A stretch of 64,000 bases of DNA from an uncultured Planctomycetota bacterium (lineage in GTDB: Bacteria > Planctomycetota > Planctomycetia > Pirellulales > Lacipirellulaceae): contig CAVRBU010000004.1 of the NCBI GenBank assembly GCA_963719315.1, positions 704,001-768,000 on the forward strand, given 5' to 3'. Below the pieces are notes generated by a model. It was not told where the DNA came from. It did no database searches and saw only the letters and a list, made by a program, of their open reading frames with translations. Numbering within the stretch: the stretch's first letter is position 1; every line of letters begins with the position of its first letter. Shown piece by piece: positions 18,345 through 29,664 of this stretch. The translations under genes and the position numbers were made by a program.

Positions 18345-21258
18345 TTGAATTCTGCTACTTCGACCACGCAGGCCGTGTCTGCGGACCAGGAGCGACTGGC
18401 TCGCATCCTCGACGACTATCTTGTCGCGATCGAACAAGGAAAGTCGGTCAGCCCCGAGGAACTGCTCGCAAAATATCCGGACGATGCGCCGCAACTTCGT
18501 GGATACCTGAGCGGCTTGCAATTGTTTCACGCCGCGGCGGCTGGTACGCAACAAGAGTCGGGAATTTCGGCCGGGAGCGGGGTTCCACAGGCGCTGCAGA
18601 CGATCGGCGACTACCGATTGGTCCGCGAAATCGGCCGCGGCGGCATGGGCGTGGTCTACGAGGCATGGCAAGTTTCCTTGCGACGGCGCGTGGCTCTCAA
18701 GGTTTTGCCATTCACGTCCGGCAACGATGCCAAGCAGATTGGTCGATTCAAGAATGAAGCCCAGGCCGCCGCCCAGGTGCAGCACCCGAACATCGTGCCC
18801 GTTTTCGCGGTTGGCGAAGAATCCGGCGTGCATTATTACGTAATGCAACTCATCGAAGGGCAATCACTCACAAGTCTACTCGGCGCGATGCGGAGCGGTG
18901 GCGAGCCATCGGGAGGCACCACGGCGCCGAATAACACGCTGACGGAGAATTTATGTCGTAGCGACTCGGTTTCAAAGCACCCTCATCCTGCCCACTTCCA
19001 GAAGGAGAAGGTTTCGAACCAGAGCAGCGAGAAGTCGCAGCCGATGCGCTCCAGTGAAACGGCCGATCACATTTGCGTTGTGGCGCGGCTTGGCATCCAG
19101 GCGGCGGAAGCCCTGCACGCGGCCCACGAATACGGCATCGTCCATCGCGACGTAAAACCCTCGAACCTGCTGCTCGACGATCAGGGTAAGCTCTGGATCA
19201 CTGATTTTGGCCTGGCCCGCTGCCGCGAAGATCAGGGCCTCACGCAAACCGGCGACGTGCTCGGTACGATGCGCTACATGAGCCCGGAGCAAGCCCTTGG
19301 CCGCACGGCGTTAGTGGATCAGCGAACCGATGTGTACTCGCTCGGCCTGACGATGTACGAGTTGGCGACGCTCAATCACCCGGCCGACGAAATCGGCGAT
19401 GCGCAACTCTATTTCGATCGCAATCGGCCGGTCCCCAAACCGCTGCGGCATTGGAACCGGCACATACCTGCCGATTTTCAAACGATCGTGTTGAAAAGCA
19501 TGGCGGAGTTTCCTCACGAACGGTACAGCTCGGCACGCGAACTGGCCGACGATTTGGAGCGCTTCCTCGAAGGCCGGCCAATTATGGCCAGTCCGCCGAA
19601 CTTGCTCTCGCGGGCCGGCAAATGGGCTAAGCGGCGGCGGGGAGTGGTCTACGCGGCTGCAGCGGTGCTGCTGGTGGCGATTTTGGGAACGGCGACTAGC
19701 ACGGTCATGCTCTCTCAACAGAAGAATGCGGCCAATGAGCGCGCCTTGCTGCAAGCCAAGGATCATCTCCGACAGTACGACGAATTACTCAGCCAATTCA
19801 CCATGAAGTATGCCGACGAACTGGCGGCGATTCCCGGCGCCGAGGGAGTGCGGCATGAAATGTTGCAAGACGGAATCGAATCCTATCTGCGTTTCGAGAA
19901 GCAAGCGGCCGAAGTTCCCCTTTTCGCAATCGATGCGGCGATTGCGCAAGGCAAGTTGGGGGCGCTCAACGAAAAACTGGGAAATCGGCAGCAGGCCTTG
20001 ACGGCCCACCAAAAGGCCAAGGAGGCGTGGGAGGAACGACTGTCGCGCGAGCCGAGCAACGCGCAGTTCGCCCGCGGCTTGGCTCTATGTTTGAACAATC
20101 TAGGATTGCTGCTCGCGGACGACGGCCGGCCGGAGGAAGCCCTCTCACTGCTGCGGCGCGCTTGCGAGTTGCAGTCGTCCGCAGCCGCGGGCGACTCGAC
20201 CGCCACGGATATGGCAAACGAATTTGCGACAACGCACTGCAATCTGGGCCTCGTCCTCGCGAAGACGAATGCCAAGAAGGACGCGATCAAGGAACTTCGA
20301 GCGGCGATCGAAATCCAGGAGCCGCTGTCGAAAGCGGCGGCGCCCGACGAAGCCGTATTGCGTGGCCTGGCGGCTAGCTACAACAATCTGGCTTCTTTGC
20401 AAGAAGCGGATATGCCGCAAGCGGCCGGCGCTGCGTATCAGCGGGCGATCGATATTCAACTGAAATTAGTGAAGGCCAATCCGCTCAACCGAATTCACCG
20501 GGGCGATATGGCGCGGACCAACAACAACCTTGGGTTTTTGGCGTCTCGAAACAAGGATTGGTTGAAGGCGGAACTCTCTTACGCCAATGCAATTCGACTG
20601 CAAGAGGAGCTCGTGCAGGCTTCGCCGTTGGCCGGATCGTATCGACGCGATCTGGCCATCAGTCTCAACAATTTGGGAATGGTGCAAAGCCGCGAGAATC
20701 ATTTCGCGGAAGCCGAGGCTTCGTTCCAGAAAGCCACAATGCTGCAAAACAAGCTGCTGGCAGTTCAGCCGAACGACGTCCAAACGCTGAGCAATCAAGG
20801 GAGCGTGTGGAACAATTTGGGCTCTTTGTTCGATCGGCAGCAACGGTATGCCGATGCGGCACAACCTTATCGGCAAGCCATCGATTGCCAAATTCGAGCC
20901 TTGCACGGTGCCGACCAACGACTCGATTCGCGGCCTGTTGAGCCGCCACTATTACAATTACGCGCGGAACTTCGCGATGCAGGCCAAATATCGGGAAGCG
21001 ATCGACATGGCGATGGAACGCAAAAAGTTATGGCCCGGCAATGCCGAACGGCTGTATTCCGTCGCGCAAGAGTTGGCCGGAATATATCAACTGATGAGCG
21101 GTAAGCCGGAGACTGCGAATGCAACCGCGGCTTGCGTTGAGGCAGCGGCTAGCACCTTGCGCGAGGCACTCGCGGCCGGACTGTCGCGCGATCGATTGAA
21201 GGATCGGTCGCTGTCCGGTCTTACGACGTTCGAAAGATTTCCGGCGGCTGATGAATGA
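18345..21258 (+). CDS. Ser/Thr protein kinase with TM segment and TPR repeats, apparent frameshift near 20903
   Basis: IGRGGMGVVY, VALKVL, HRDVKPSN, DFGLAR, GTMRYMSPEQ; TM segment GVVYAAAAVLLVAILG; NNLG TPR repeats; C-terminus continues in ORF 20848..21258. Confidence 0.9.
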
Positions 21259-21321
21259 CTCGCAAATCGGTCTTGTGACGCCGGCTGATGGAGAGAAAGT
21301 GAACTAATTCTTGTATCAATA

Positions 21322-21402
21322 GTAGGTCCCGCTTGCCGAGCGGGACCTTGAAGTCGCAAAATCGACTATTCGCAAAGGTCTCTTCCGGCAGAAGCGACCT
21401 AC
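21322..21402. repeat. GTAG-type REP doublet (REPIN)
   Basis: GTAGGTCCCGCTTGCCGAGCGGGACCT ... AGGTCTCTTCCGGCAGAAGCGACCTAC: two GTAG-headed hairpins in inverted orientation. Confidence 0.75.
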
Positions 21403-21484
21403 ACGGACTTTTGAGTCAATGCATACTTCTGTGGTTAATAGAAGCGAATTGTCGAGCTCTTAACTTTTTGTGTGTCGCACGGTC

Positions 21485-23002
21485 ATGTTCAAGCAGTGGA
21501 AAACAATCCGAGCAAGTAATCGGTCACGGTCCGCGGCGCACGGCGAGCGCGCGCGCTTGCGCCGCCAGATCGAGCGGTTGGAAGAGCGCGCGATGCTTTC
21601 AGTATCGATCGGACAGATGCCGATCGCGGACGGTGTATACGTTGGCGCGTTGCAGAATGTCGGCGCACCGCGCGATGCTGATGCGGCGATGTTTGCTCCG
21701 CCCGAATACCTTGACGGCGGCCCGGCATTTCAATCGTACTCAACTGAGAGTTTGCCGGTCGCTCTGCGTGAGCCGCGATTAGCGCCGATGTCGCTGGTGC
21801 AAGGCCTCGACTCGGAAGTTGGAGGTTTCGGCTACGCATCGTCGCGTGAGCCTGTGAAGAATCAATTCCTATCTTCACCGCCGCCACAGCCGACCGCGAT
21901 TTACGTCGTGACGATTGTCGTCACGAACGCGCCCGTCATGGCGGGTGACTTCTGGTATTCTCCGGCCCCAGCGACACCTCCTTCGAATGCGAAGAGTTCG
22001 TTGCCGCTTGTATCGTCACCGCTGAAATCGTCCCCGTTGGTGTCGTCGCCGATCGTCGGTCCAAAATCCAACAGCACAGGACAAGGAGCGGAATCTTCTC
22101 CTGGTGAGTCGCCGCTCCATGCGAACTACTCGTATTTAACTTCGCTGACGCTGCCTACGCCGCTAGCGGCCATTCCGACCGCAGCTCAGATCGTATCTCG
22201 CAATATCGATTCGGCCGCATTGTTTCCGGCCGGAGCGCTCGACGCGGCGTTCCAGTCGTATTCTTCACGGCTGTTGTTGGTGGCCACACCGACGACTGCG
22301 AACGACCGCACGCTTGTCGATTCGGTGGATGATGCGATGACGGCGCATGGTGAGGCGTTGAGCGGTTTCATTCGGCCGAGCGATTTGAGGATCGTCGATG
22401 ACGCCCTCACTTCAATGGACGCCGTCCAGCGCGAACGCGACGCAGTGGACGCGGTGCTGCACGATTTGCACGAGTTCGATGCACCACTCTGGGATGCCAC
22501 GAGTGTGTCGCAGAACGGCGATCGCGCGGTTGAAACTACGGTCGATGTGGAGCTTCGCCTTCCGTCGTCCGACGGATTTTCGGGCATTGCTCCATTCAAC
22601 GACGCGGAAGGCGGCATGGTGATGCTCGAGGCCAGTGGCGACGCGAACGAAAGTGCAATCAATCTGATTGGCGCGGACGATGGCCAGGTCGATTTGCTCC
22701 AATCGCATGCTGGAGTCGAGACGGCCGTTGGCTTCTACCAGGCGATCGACGTAGCCACGGAGGACGTGCCTGTAGCAAATCTTCCGACCGTTATTCCGGC
22801 GACCGAATCGGCGCCTGCAATGCCGAGCGACACTCGATTCTCGACCGAAAACGAAACGAAGTCTTCGGACAAGGCCGCCGCTGCGATCGGCGCGACGGCC
22901 TTTGTGGGCGCAATGTTGTGGGTCGGCAGCAAACGTCGGTCGGACGACGACTGGGACGCATTTTCCGCTAGCAAGAAAAATTGCCGCACGATTGCTTCGT
23001 AG
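21485..23002 (+). CDS. Planctomycete exported protein with C-terminal membrane anchor
   Basis: RRQIERLEERAMLS motif, Ser/Pro-rich linker, C-terminal hydrophobic AAAAIGATAFVGAMLWV followed by KRR. Confidence 0.7.
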   Translation: MFKQWKTIRASNRSRSAAHGERARLRRQIERLEERAMLSVSIGQMPIADGVYVGALQNVGAPRDADAAMFAPPEYLDGGPAFQSYSTESLPVALREPRLAPMSLVQGLDSEVGGFGYASSREPVKNQFLSSPPPQPTAIYVVTIVVTNAPVMAGDFWYSPAPATPPSNAKSSLPLVSSPLKSSPLVSSPIVGPKSNSTGQGAESSPGESPLHANYSYLTSLTLPTPLAAIPTAAQIVSRNIDSAALFPAGALDAAFQSYSSRLLLVATPTTANDRTLVDSVDDAMTAHGEALSGFIRPSDLRIVDDALTSMDAVQRERDAVDAVLHDLHEFDAPLWDATSVSQNGDRAVETTVDVELRLPSSDGFSGIAPFNDAEGGMVMLEASGDANESAINLIGADDGQVDLLQSHAGVETAVGFYQAIDVATEDVPVANLPTVIPATESAPAMPSDTRFSTENETKSSDKAAAAIGATAFVGAMLWVGSKRRSDDDWDAFSASKKNCRTIAS

Positions 23003-23118
23003 TAATCTCTTGCGGTTTTTTCACTTACGTCGTGAATATTCCGCTCGCGGTGTAAGCTCGCCCCGCTCTTCTGCTATACTCGTCGGCTCTGGCACACGAT
23101 TCGCAGAGTTGGCGGCTT

Positions 23119-24237
23119 ATGGGCACGGATATCGGATTGGGCGTGATTGGCTGCGGGGGGTTTGGTCTGTTTGCGCTGCAGCAGTTCATGCAAGTGCCTG
23201 GAATTCGATTGGCAGGCATGGCGGCCACCGCGCGGCCGGCGGCTCAGGCCGCGGCACGCCGCTACGGGCTCGAAGATCTAGAAGATATCGATCGGCTGCT
23301 GGCGCGCTCCGAGGTTGATCTCGTCTATATCGCCACGCCACCGTTCTTGCACTTCGAGCAAGCGAAGAGGGCGCTCGAAGCGGGGAAGCACGTCATTTGC
23401 GAAAAGCCCCTCGCGCTGACGGTCGAGCAGGCCGATGAATTGATTGCAATCGCGCGGCGGGGCGATCGGCTGCTCGTGGCAAACCTGATGCAACGCTATA
23501 ATCCGCTCTTCGATCTCGTTCGGCAAGTGATTGAACGCCAACCCCTGGGCGAATTACTGCACGGTTACTTCGAAAACTACGCGTCCGACGAAAACCTGCC
23601 GGCCCAGCATTGGTTTTGGGATCGCGCAAAGAGCGGCGGCATCTTCGTCGAGCATGGCGTGCACTTCTTCGATATGTTCGCCGGCTGGCTGGGCGCGGGC
23701 AAAGTCGTCGCGGCCCAGGCGAGCTGCCGAGCGGGCACGAACATCGAGGACCAGGTGCAATGCACGGTAAGTTATGGCGCCGGCGTGCACGTGAATTTTT
23801 ATCATGGGTTTCATCAGCCGGGCCGCTTGGATCGCCAGGAATTGCGGCTCATATTCGAGCGTGGCGATTTGTTGCTGCTCGGTTGGGTGCCGACCTATGC
23901 ACGAATCCACGCGGTTGCCGACGAAGCAAACACGCGTGAATTGTGCGAATTGTTTCCCGGGATGCGAATCGATGTGCTGACCGCCTACGGTCCGAAGGAT
24001 CGCCATTGCGCAGGACACGGGCGCGAATACGACGTTTATCAAGAGTTCGAGTTGCACTGGGGCGATTGGCGGCAGAAGTCGCGGACGTACTGCGAATTGC
24101 TTCGCGGGTTCATGGCGGACCAGGTGGCCTGGGTCCGCGACCGCGGACACGTGCGAAAGACCACCGAACAGAACGGGCGCGATTCGGTCGCCGTGGCATG
24201 TGCCGCCGACCGAATGGCACATCCCGGGTGTAGCTGA
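23119..24237 (+). CDS. Gfo/Idh/MocA family oxidoreductase
   Basis: GVIGCGGFG, IATPP, GKHVICEKP, SGGIFVEHGVHFFD. Confidence 0.92.
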   Translation: MGTDIGLGVIGCGGFGLFALQQFMQVPGIRLAGMAATARPAAQAAARRYGLEDLEDIDRLLARSEVDLVYIATPPFLHFEQAKRALEAGKHVICEKPLALTVEQADELIAIARRGDRLLVANLMQRYNPLFDLVRQVIERQPLGELLHGYFENYASDENLPAQHWFWDRAKSGGIFVEHGVHFFDMFAGWLGAGKVVAAQASCRAGTNIEDQVQCTVSYGAGVHVNFYHGFHQPGRLDRQELRLIFERGDLLLLGWVPTYARIHAVADEANTRELCELFPGMRIDVLTAYGPKDRHCAGHGREYDVYQEFELHWGDWRQKSRTYCELLRGFMADQVAWVRDRGHVRKTTEQNGRDSVAVACAADRMAHPGCS

Positions 24238-24301
24238 AGTCGCAGGACTTCAGAACGGATCAAGAGCAAGGTATAGTCGGAATTCTTGCGAATTCCGCTA
24301 C
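24230..24301. repeat. GTAG-type REP doublet (REPIN)
   Basis: GTAGCTGAAGTCGCAGGACTTCAG ... GGAATTCTTGCGAATTCCGCTAC; overlaps the stop codon of the upstream gene. Confidence 0.7.
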
Positions 24302-24311
24302 GAAGAACGTC

Positions 24312-25367
24312 ATGATTGAACGACTCGCTACCCATTTGTTGTTGCGACCACAGGACTTGCCTCCAAGCCATCCCGATTGGGAAGTGATTGGCGTATTTAA
24401 CCCCGGTGTCGTGCGGCATGGTGACACGACTGTGATCTTGGCCCGGGTTGTGGAGCGACCGCGGGAGAAGCGGCCGGGCTGGACGGCACATCCCCGCTGG
24501 TCGCCGGACAAAGGCTACGTGGTCGACTGGGTTGAAAATCACCATTTGAAGGCGGACGACCCACGCGTCATGCGGCACCTGGAGACCGGGCTGGTGCGCC
24601 TGACGTTTATCTCGCATTTGCGCGTGTTCTACAGTCGCGATGGACGAACGGTGGAGAAGGAACGCGGGCCCTTGTTTCTGCCGGCCAACGAGATGGAAGA
24701 GTTCGGCCTGGAGGATCCGCGGATCACGCCGCTTGATGGGCGGTACTACATCACGTATGTCTCCGTCTCGCGCCACGGCCCGGCGACGGCCCTCGCCTCG
24801 ACGAAGGATTTCAAAACGCTGGAGCGGCACGGGATCATTTTTTGCCCGGAGAATAAGGACGTCGTGCTGTTGCCCGAGCGGGTGAACGGCCAGTACGTCG
24901 CGTTGCATCGCCCGCTGGGCGAGATGCCGTTTTGCCGGCCGGAAATGTGGATCGCGCGGTCCAACGACCTCGTGCAATGGGGCGACCATCGGTATCTGTT
25001 CTCGGGGGCCGGAGAATGGGAAGATGGTCGCGTCGGTGCCGGAACCCCGCCGCTGGCCGTGCCCGATGGCTGGCTCGAAATCTATCACGGCAATCGCATG
25101 CCTGAGATTGTGGGCGAAGTCGGCGCGTACTGCGCGGGGGCGATGTTGCTGGCGAAAGACGATCCCTGCCGCGTGCTCAAAGTAACCCGCGAGCCGATCC
25201 TGGAACCGCAATGTGAATTCGACAAAGAAGGGTTTGTAAGCAAGGTCGTATTCCCGACGGGAGTTGTGGAAGAGGACGATCGACTGCTAATTTATTATGG
25301 CGCATCGGATAAGTATTGCGCGATGGCGGAAGTTTCGAGGGACGACGTAATGAGTGCGCTCGGTTAA
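24312..25367 (+). CDS. Glycoside hydrolase family 130 protein
   Basis: GVFNPG, EEFGLEDPRIT, ENKDVVL, ALHRP, RVGAGTPP, WLEIYHG, VVFPTG, YYGASD. Confidence 0.9.
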   Translation: MIERLATHLLLRPQDLPPSHPDWEVIGVFNPGVVRHGDTTVILARVVERPREKRPGWTAHPRWSPDKGYVVDWVENHHLKADDPRVMRHLETGLVRLTFISHLRVFYSRDGRTVEKERGPLFLPANEMEEFGLEDPRITPLDGRYYITYVSVSRHGPATALASTKDFKTLERHGIIFCPENKDVVLLPERVNGQYVALHRPLGEMPFCRPEMWIARSNDLVQWGDHRYLFSGAGEWEDGRVGAGTPPLAVPDGWLEIYHGNRMPEIVGEVGAYCAGAMLLAKDDPCRVLKVTREPILEPQCEFDKEGFVSKVVFPTGVVEEDDRLLIYYGASDKYCAMAEVSRDDVMSALG

Positions 25368-25374
25368 GAATCTC

Positions 25375-25454
25375 TCGCCGAAGCGCAGAGGATGCAGAGA
25401 GTATACCAAAGGGAAAGCCAAAGAAACTCCGCGGCGTCTACGCCTCTGCGTGAG
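25375..25454. repeat. Imperfect inverted-repeat element (GCAGAG...CTCTGCG type)
   Basis: CTCGCCGAAGCGCAGAGGATGCAGAGAG ... CTCCGCGGCGTCTACGCCTCTGCGTGAGA; a similar half-copy at about 9316-9343. Confidence 0.45.
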
Positions 25455-25506
25455 ATGTTTTGTTTGTTGTTTGCCGGATTGATTTAAGGAATCGGCGAAA
25501 TCTCTT

Positions 25507-27756
25507 ATGGCCAGTAGTGCGAAGATTCAAAAGGTAGCTTTTTTGGGCGACTATCTGCCCCGCAAATGCGGCATCGCCACGTTCACGCACGACTTGCGGC
25601 ACGCGGTCGGCGGACAGTATCCGGCCGTCGAGTGCAGCGTGGTGCCGGTGAACGACATTGATGGCGGCTACGACTATCCGGCTGAAGTCCGCTTTGAAAT
25701 TCAAGAACAGGAGCTCGCTTCCTATCGCCGGGCGGCGGATTTCTTGAATTTCGCCAATGTGGATGTCGTTTGCTTGCAGCACGAATTCGGTATCTACGGC
25801 GGCGCGGCGGGTGGGCACATACTAGCCTTGCTGCGCGATCTGCGCGTACCGGTCGTCAGCACGCTGCATACGGTTTTGGAGCAGCCGAACGACGACCAAC
25901 TTCGCGTCATGCGTAGACTGTGCGAGCTCTCGGCGCGGGTCGTCGTCATGGCCGAGCGCAGCCAAAAATTCTTGATCAATCTCTACGGGGTGCCAGCGGA
26001 GAAAATCGACCTGATTCCGCACGGCATCCCCGATATGCCGTTTGTGGATTCGAACTTTTTCAAGGACCAGTTCGATGTCGAAGGCAAGTTCGTCGCGCTG
26101 ACGTTCGGGCTCCTCTCGCCCAATAAGGGAATTGAAAACGTTTTGCAGGCGATGCCCAAAGTTATCGCCCAATCTCCCGACTTCGTGTACATCATTCTGG
26201 GCGCCACGCATCCGAATCTCGTGCGGCAGCATGGCGAAATTTATCGCCTCAGCCTGGAGCGGTTGGCGCAAAAACTCGATATCCAGAAGCACGTCATCTT
26301 TTACAATCGATTCGTCGAGCTGCAGGAATTGACCGAATTCATCGGGGCTGCCGACATCTATCTTACGCCCTATCTGAACGCGGCCCAGGCCGTTTCCGGC
26401 ACGCTTGCCTACGCATATGGTTGCGGCAAGGCGGTGATTTCGACGCCCTATTGGCACGCGGAGGAGTTGTTGGCCGACGATCGTGGCATTTTGGTTCCGT
26501 TCGGTGATTCGGACGCGATCGCCCGGGCGGTTATCGAACTCTGGGAGGACGACACCCGGCGCAATGCCATGCGTAAACGGGCCTACCTGATGGGCCGCGA
26601 AATGATTTGGAGTCACGTCGCCCACATGTACATGGAATCGTTTCAGCGAGCCCGTCACAGTCGGCCACCGGCGCTGGCAAAAACGCGGGCCGTGCGTACC
26701 CTGGATGAAGAGCCGCCGCAGTTTCCGAAAATGCAGTTCGGGCATTTGCTGCAGATGACCGATTACACGGGCGTCATTCAACATGCCACGTATTCGATCC
26801 CGAATTTTCAAGAAGGCTATTGTTTAGACGATAATGCCCGCGCGCTCGTCTTGATGGTCTTGGTTGAGGAGCTGGGGCTCGACTCGGTTGAGCTTCAGCG
26901 GGCGGCCACGACCTACGCTGCCTTTTTGAATTATGCGTTCGACATTCCGTCTGGACGTTTCCGCAACTTCTTGAGCTTCGATCGAAATTGGCTGGAAGAC
27001 GAGGGGTCGGACGATTCGGTGGGCCGAGCGGCATGGGCGGTCGGCGCGTGCATTGGGCGCACGAAGCGGCGTGCATTTCACTCGTGGGCGGCTCAATTAT
27101 TCGAACCGGCGGTGAACGCCGTGGCGCAAACCTCTTCACCCCGCGCGTGGGCGTTCGCGCTGATCGGCATCCATGAATACTTGCGCCGGATGAGCGGCGA
27201 TCGGCTGATGAATCAGTACCGCGACGCACTAACGGCCCGGCTCATCGAGCTGTATGTGCACAGCGCGAGCGAAGGCTGGCCCTGGTTCGAGCCCACGGTC
27301 TCGTACGACAATGCAAAGATTCCTCACGCATTGATCCTCAGCGGGCGGTGGGCGAACAACCCCCAGGCGTTGGAAATCGGTCTCCGCACGTTGCACTGGC
27401 TGGCCGACGTACAGCGCGCTCCGGCCGGCCATTTCCGGCCGATCGGATCGGAAGGTTTCTACAGCCAGGGCCGCCCGCCGGCGCAGTTCGATCAGCAGCC
27501 GCTGGAAGCCCACTCGATGGTCTCGGCCGCCATCGAGGCCTATCGGGCGACCGGCGACCCCCACTGGATGGTGCAGGCGAGAATGGCATTTGAGTGGTTT
27601 ACCGGTCGCAACGACTTGGGACTACCGGTTTGCGATGCCAGTACCGGAGCCTGCTGCGACGGTTTGCACGCGGATCGTGTGAATCAGAACCAGGGGGCCG
27701 AATCGACCTTGGCTTATTTGCTCGCACTTGCTGAAATGCAGCTTGTGGAGAGTTAG
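25507..27756 (+). CDS. GT4 glycosyltransferase fused to a C-terminal six-hairpin glycosidase-like domain
   Basis: YLPRKCGIATFT, LQHEFGIYGG, FGLLSPNKGIE, SGTLAYA, STPYWHAEE; C-terminal GYCLDDNARAL, FDQQPLEA, NQGAEST. Confidence 0.9.
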   Translation: MASSAKIQKVAFLGDYLPRKCGIATFTHDLRHAVGGQYPAVECSVVPVNDIDGGYDYPAEVRFEIQEQELASYRRAADFLNFANVDVVCLQHEFGIYGGAAGGHILALLRDLRVPVVSTLHTVLEQPNDDQLRVMRRLCELSARVVVMAERSQKFLINLYGVPAEKIDLIPHGIPDMPFVDSNFFKDQFDVEGKFVALTFGLLSPNKGIENVLQAMPKVIAQSPDFVYIILGATHPNLVRQHGEIYRLSLERLAQKLDIQKHVIFYNRFVELQELTEFIGAADIYLTPYLNAAQAVSGTLAYAYGCGKAVISTPYWHAEELLADDRGILVPFGDSDAIARAVIELWEDDTRRNAMRKRAYLMGREMIWSHVAHMYMESFQRARHSRPPALAKTRAVRTLDEEPPQFPKMQFGHLLQMTDYTGVIQHATYSIPNFQEGYCLDDNARALVLMVLVEELGLDSVELQRAATTYAAFLNYAFDIPSGRFRNFLSFDRNWLEDEGSDDSVGRAAWAVGACIGRTKRRAFHSWAAQLFEPAVNAVAQTSSPRAWAFALIGIHEYLRRMSGDRLMNQYRDALTARLIELYVHSASEGWPWFEPTVSYDNAKIPHALILSGRWANNPQALEIGLRTLHWLADVQRAPAGHFRPIGSEGFYSQGRPPAQFDQQPLEAHSMVSAAIEAYRATGDPHWMVQARMAFEWFTGRNDLGLPVCDASTGACCDGLHADRVNQNQGAESTLAYLLALAEMQLVES

Positions 27757-28012
27757 CAAGCAGCCAAAATACGGGCATTCAACGGGTGCCTAGGGCATCG
27801 CTCTAGCTGTCTTATTGGACGCTGGCCCATTCCCCCCGCCACCCGAGCCACCGCCAAATCCTACCTCACTGCTGTACGCATCGTAGCTCGATGTTTGTAT
27901 GCTTGGCGACCCAGGCGACCCGGCGGTTAGTTCAAATTCTCGCAGTTAAAAAGTTCGCTCAGGCGCTACAAGCATTGGATGCTTGGTTTATTGTGAAGAC
28001 AGGGAAGTTGTC

Positions 28013-29464
28013 ATGGAACTGAAGCGAACCGACGTTCTGATCAAGCCGAACAACGCGCGGGTGTTGGTTCGCCCGTTTGAATTTGCGGATTCGCAACGGG
28101 CTTTGCGGATCGTGGCGCGTGTGATGTCGCTTACCGAGGAAGAAGTGGATCACCTCGTCAGCGATCTGTTCACCGAATTTCATGGCCGGCATCAAAAGGC
28201 CCGCCAATTCATTCTGAACCGCTACGAGTATGCGCGGCAGTTTCTATTGACCGACGCGCCGCTGAGCGAAAATCGTCAGTTGCTGCTCGGCGGTTATTTC
28301 ACGCAGGAATATGCCTTGGAGTCCGCGGCACTGTTCAATCCTTCGATGGTTTGGCATTTCGATCAATCGAACGTGGCGGAAGGTTCGAAACGATTCATCC
28401 TCAGCTTGCGGGCGACCGGCGAAGGACACGTATCGTCTATCACATTTCGATCGGGAACGATCGACGCCAATTGCGGCATCGCACTCGACCCGACTCCGCG
28501 GTTCGTGACGACTCCGGATATGGAGGCCAACACGCAGTACGAAAAGGTTTTGTTTCAACGGAAGCTGATCGAACTGGGCTTCACGAACGGTTTCGTCGAG
28601 CAAGTCATGTCGCAATTGGACGATGGTTTTTCGTTCGAACAATTGAAATCCGCGGTCAACGTGGTTCGTCGGCAACAACGGAATCGCTTGAATGAATTCG
28701 ATGTCGTCGCGAATGCCATACTGGCGTTGGGCAAATCGAACTACGAATTCACGTTTTCGCCTGAGCAGAGCTTGGCGGAGCGGGCAATTTTTCCGTATTC
28801 GCCGTCGCAAACGAACGGCATTGAGGATTCTCGCTTCGTGCAATTCCATGACGACGATGGCACAGTCCGCTACTATGCGACGCACACCGCTTTTGATGGG
28901 CGCGTCACGCTGCCGGAGTTGTTGGAGACCTCGGACTTCTTGCGGTTTCGGATCAGCACGCTCAACGGTCCCGAAATCCGCAATAAAGGCCTCGCATTGT
29001 TTCCCCGCAAGATCAATGGGCTGTACGCCATGCTTTCGCGGCAGGACGGCGAAAACATTTTCATCATGTATTCCGACATGCTTCACTTCTGGTACACGAA
29101 GCAGCTCATCGCCAAGCCGACCTACCCCTGGGAATTCGTGCAACTCGGCAATTGCGGCTCGCCGATCGAGACCGAGGCGGGTTGGCTCGTGCTGACGCAC
29201 GGCGTCGGGCCCATGCGGAAGTATTCGATGGGGGCGTTCCTTTTGGACCTCGAAGATCCGACGCGCGTCATTGGGCGATTGCCCGAGCCTCTATTCGCGC
29301 CCAACGAAAATGAGCGCGAAGGGTACGTGCCGAACGTGGTCTATAGTTGCGGCGGCGTCGTTCACAACGGGCAACTCATTATTCCCTACGCGATGAGCGA
29401 TTACGCCAGCACGTTCGCCACCGTATCGCTCCATTGCCTTCTGAAGCGACTAAAGGCGAGCTAA
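28013..29464 (+). CDS. Glycoside hydrolase family 130 protein (long form)
   Basis: EYALESAALFNPS, LRATGEGHVSS, NGIEDSRFV, NKGLALFPRKI, QLGNCGSP, REGYVPNVVYSCG. Confidence 0.9.
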   Translation: MELKRTDVLIKPNNARVLVRPFEFADSQRALRIVARVMSLTEEEVDHLVSDLFTEFHGRHQKARQFILNRYEYARQFLLTDAPLSENRQLLLGGYFTQEYALESAALFNPSMVWHFDQSNVAEGSKRFILSLRATGEGHVSSITFRSGTIDANCGIALDPTPRFVTTPDMEANTQYEKVLFQRKLIELGFTNGFVEQVMSQLDDGFSFEQLKSAVNVVRRQQRNRLNEFDVVANAILALGKSNYEFTFSPEQSLAERAIFPYSPSQTNGIEDSRFVQFHDDDGTVRYYATHTAFDGRVTLPELLETSDFLRFRISTLNGPEIRNKGLALFPRKINGLYAMLSRQDGENIFIMYSDMLHFWYTKQLIAKPTYPWEFVQLGNCGSPIETEAGWLVLTHGVGPMRKYSMGAFLLDLEDPTRVIGRLPEPLFAPNENEREGYVPNVVYSCGGVVHNGQLIIPYAMSDYASTFATVSLHCLLKRLKAS

Positions 29465-29664
29465 GGCGCGATTTGGCATTCCGCCTATCTATATCGATCA
29501 ACCGCCGCGGCAAACTAATCCAGAAGATTGCCTGTCGGGAGTCGCCGCCCGGTCCAAAGTTGCCGCATCGATTGTTGACACGCAACCGTTTAAAATCGAC
29601 TATACTTCTGTGTTGAGGGGGCTTTTTGCTGACGACCGACCAAATCGAACGAAGGTACTCGATC

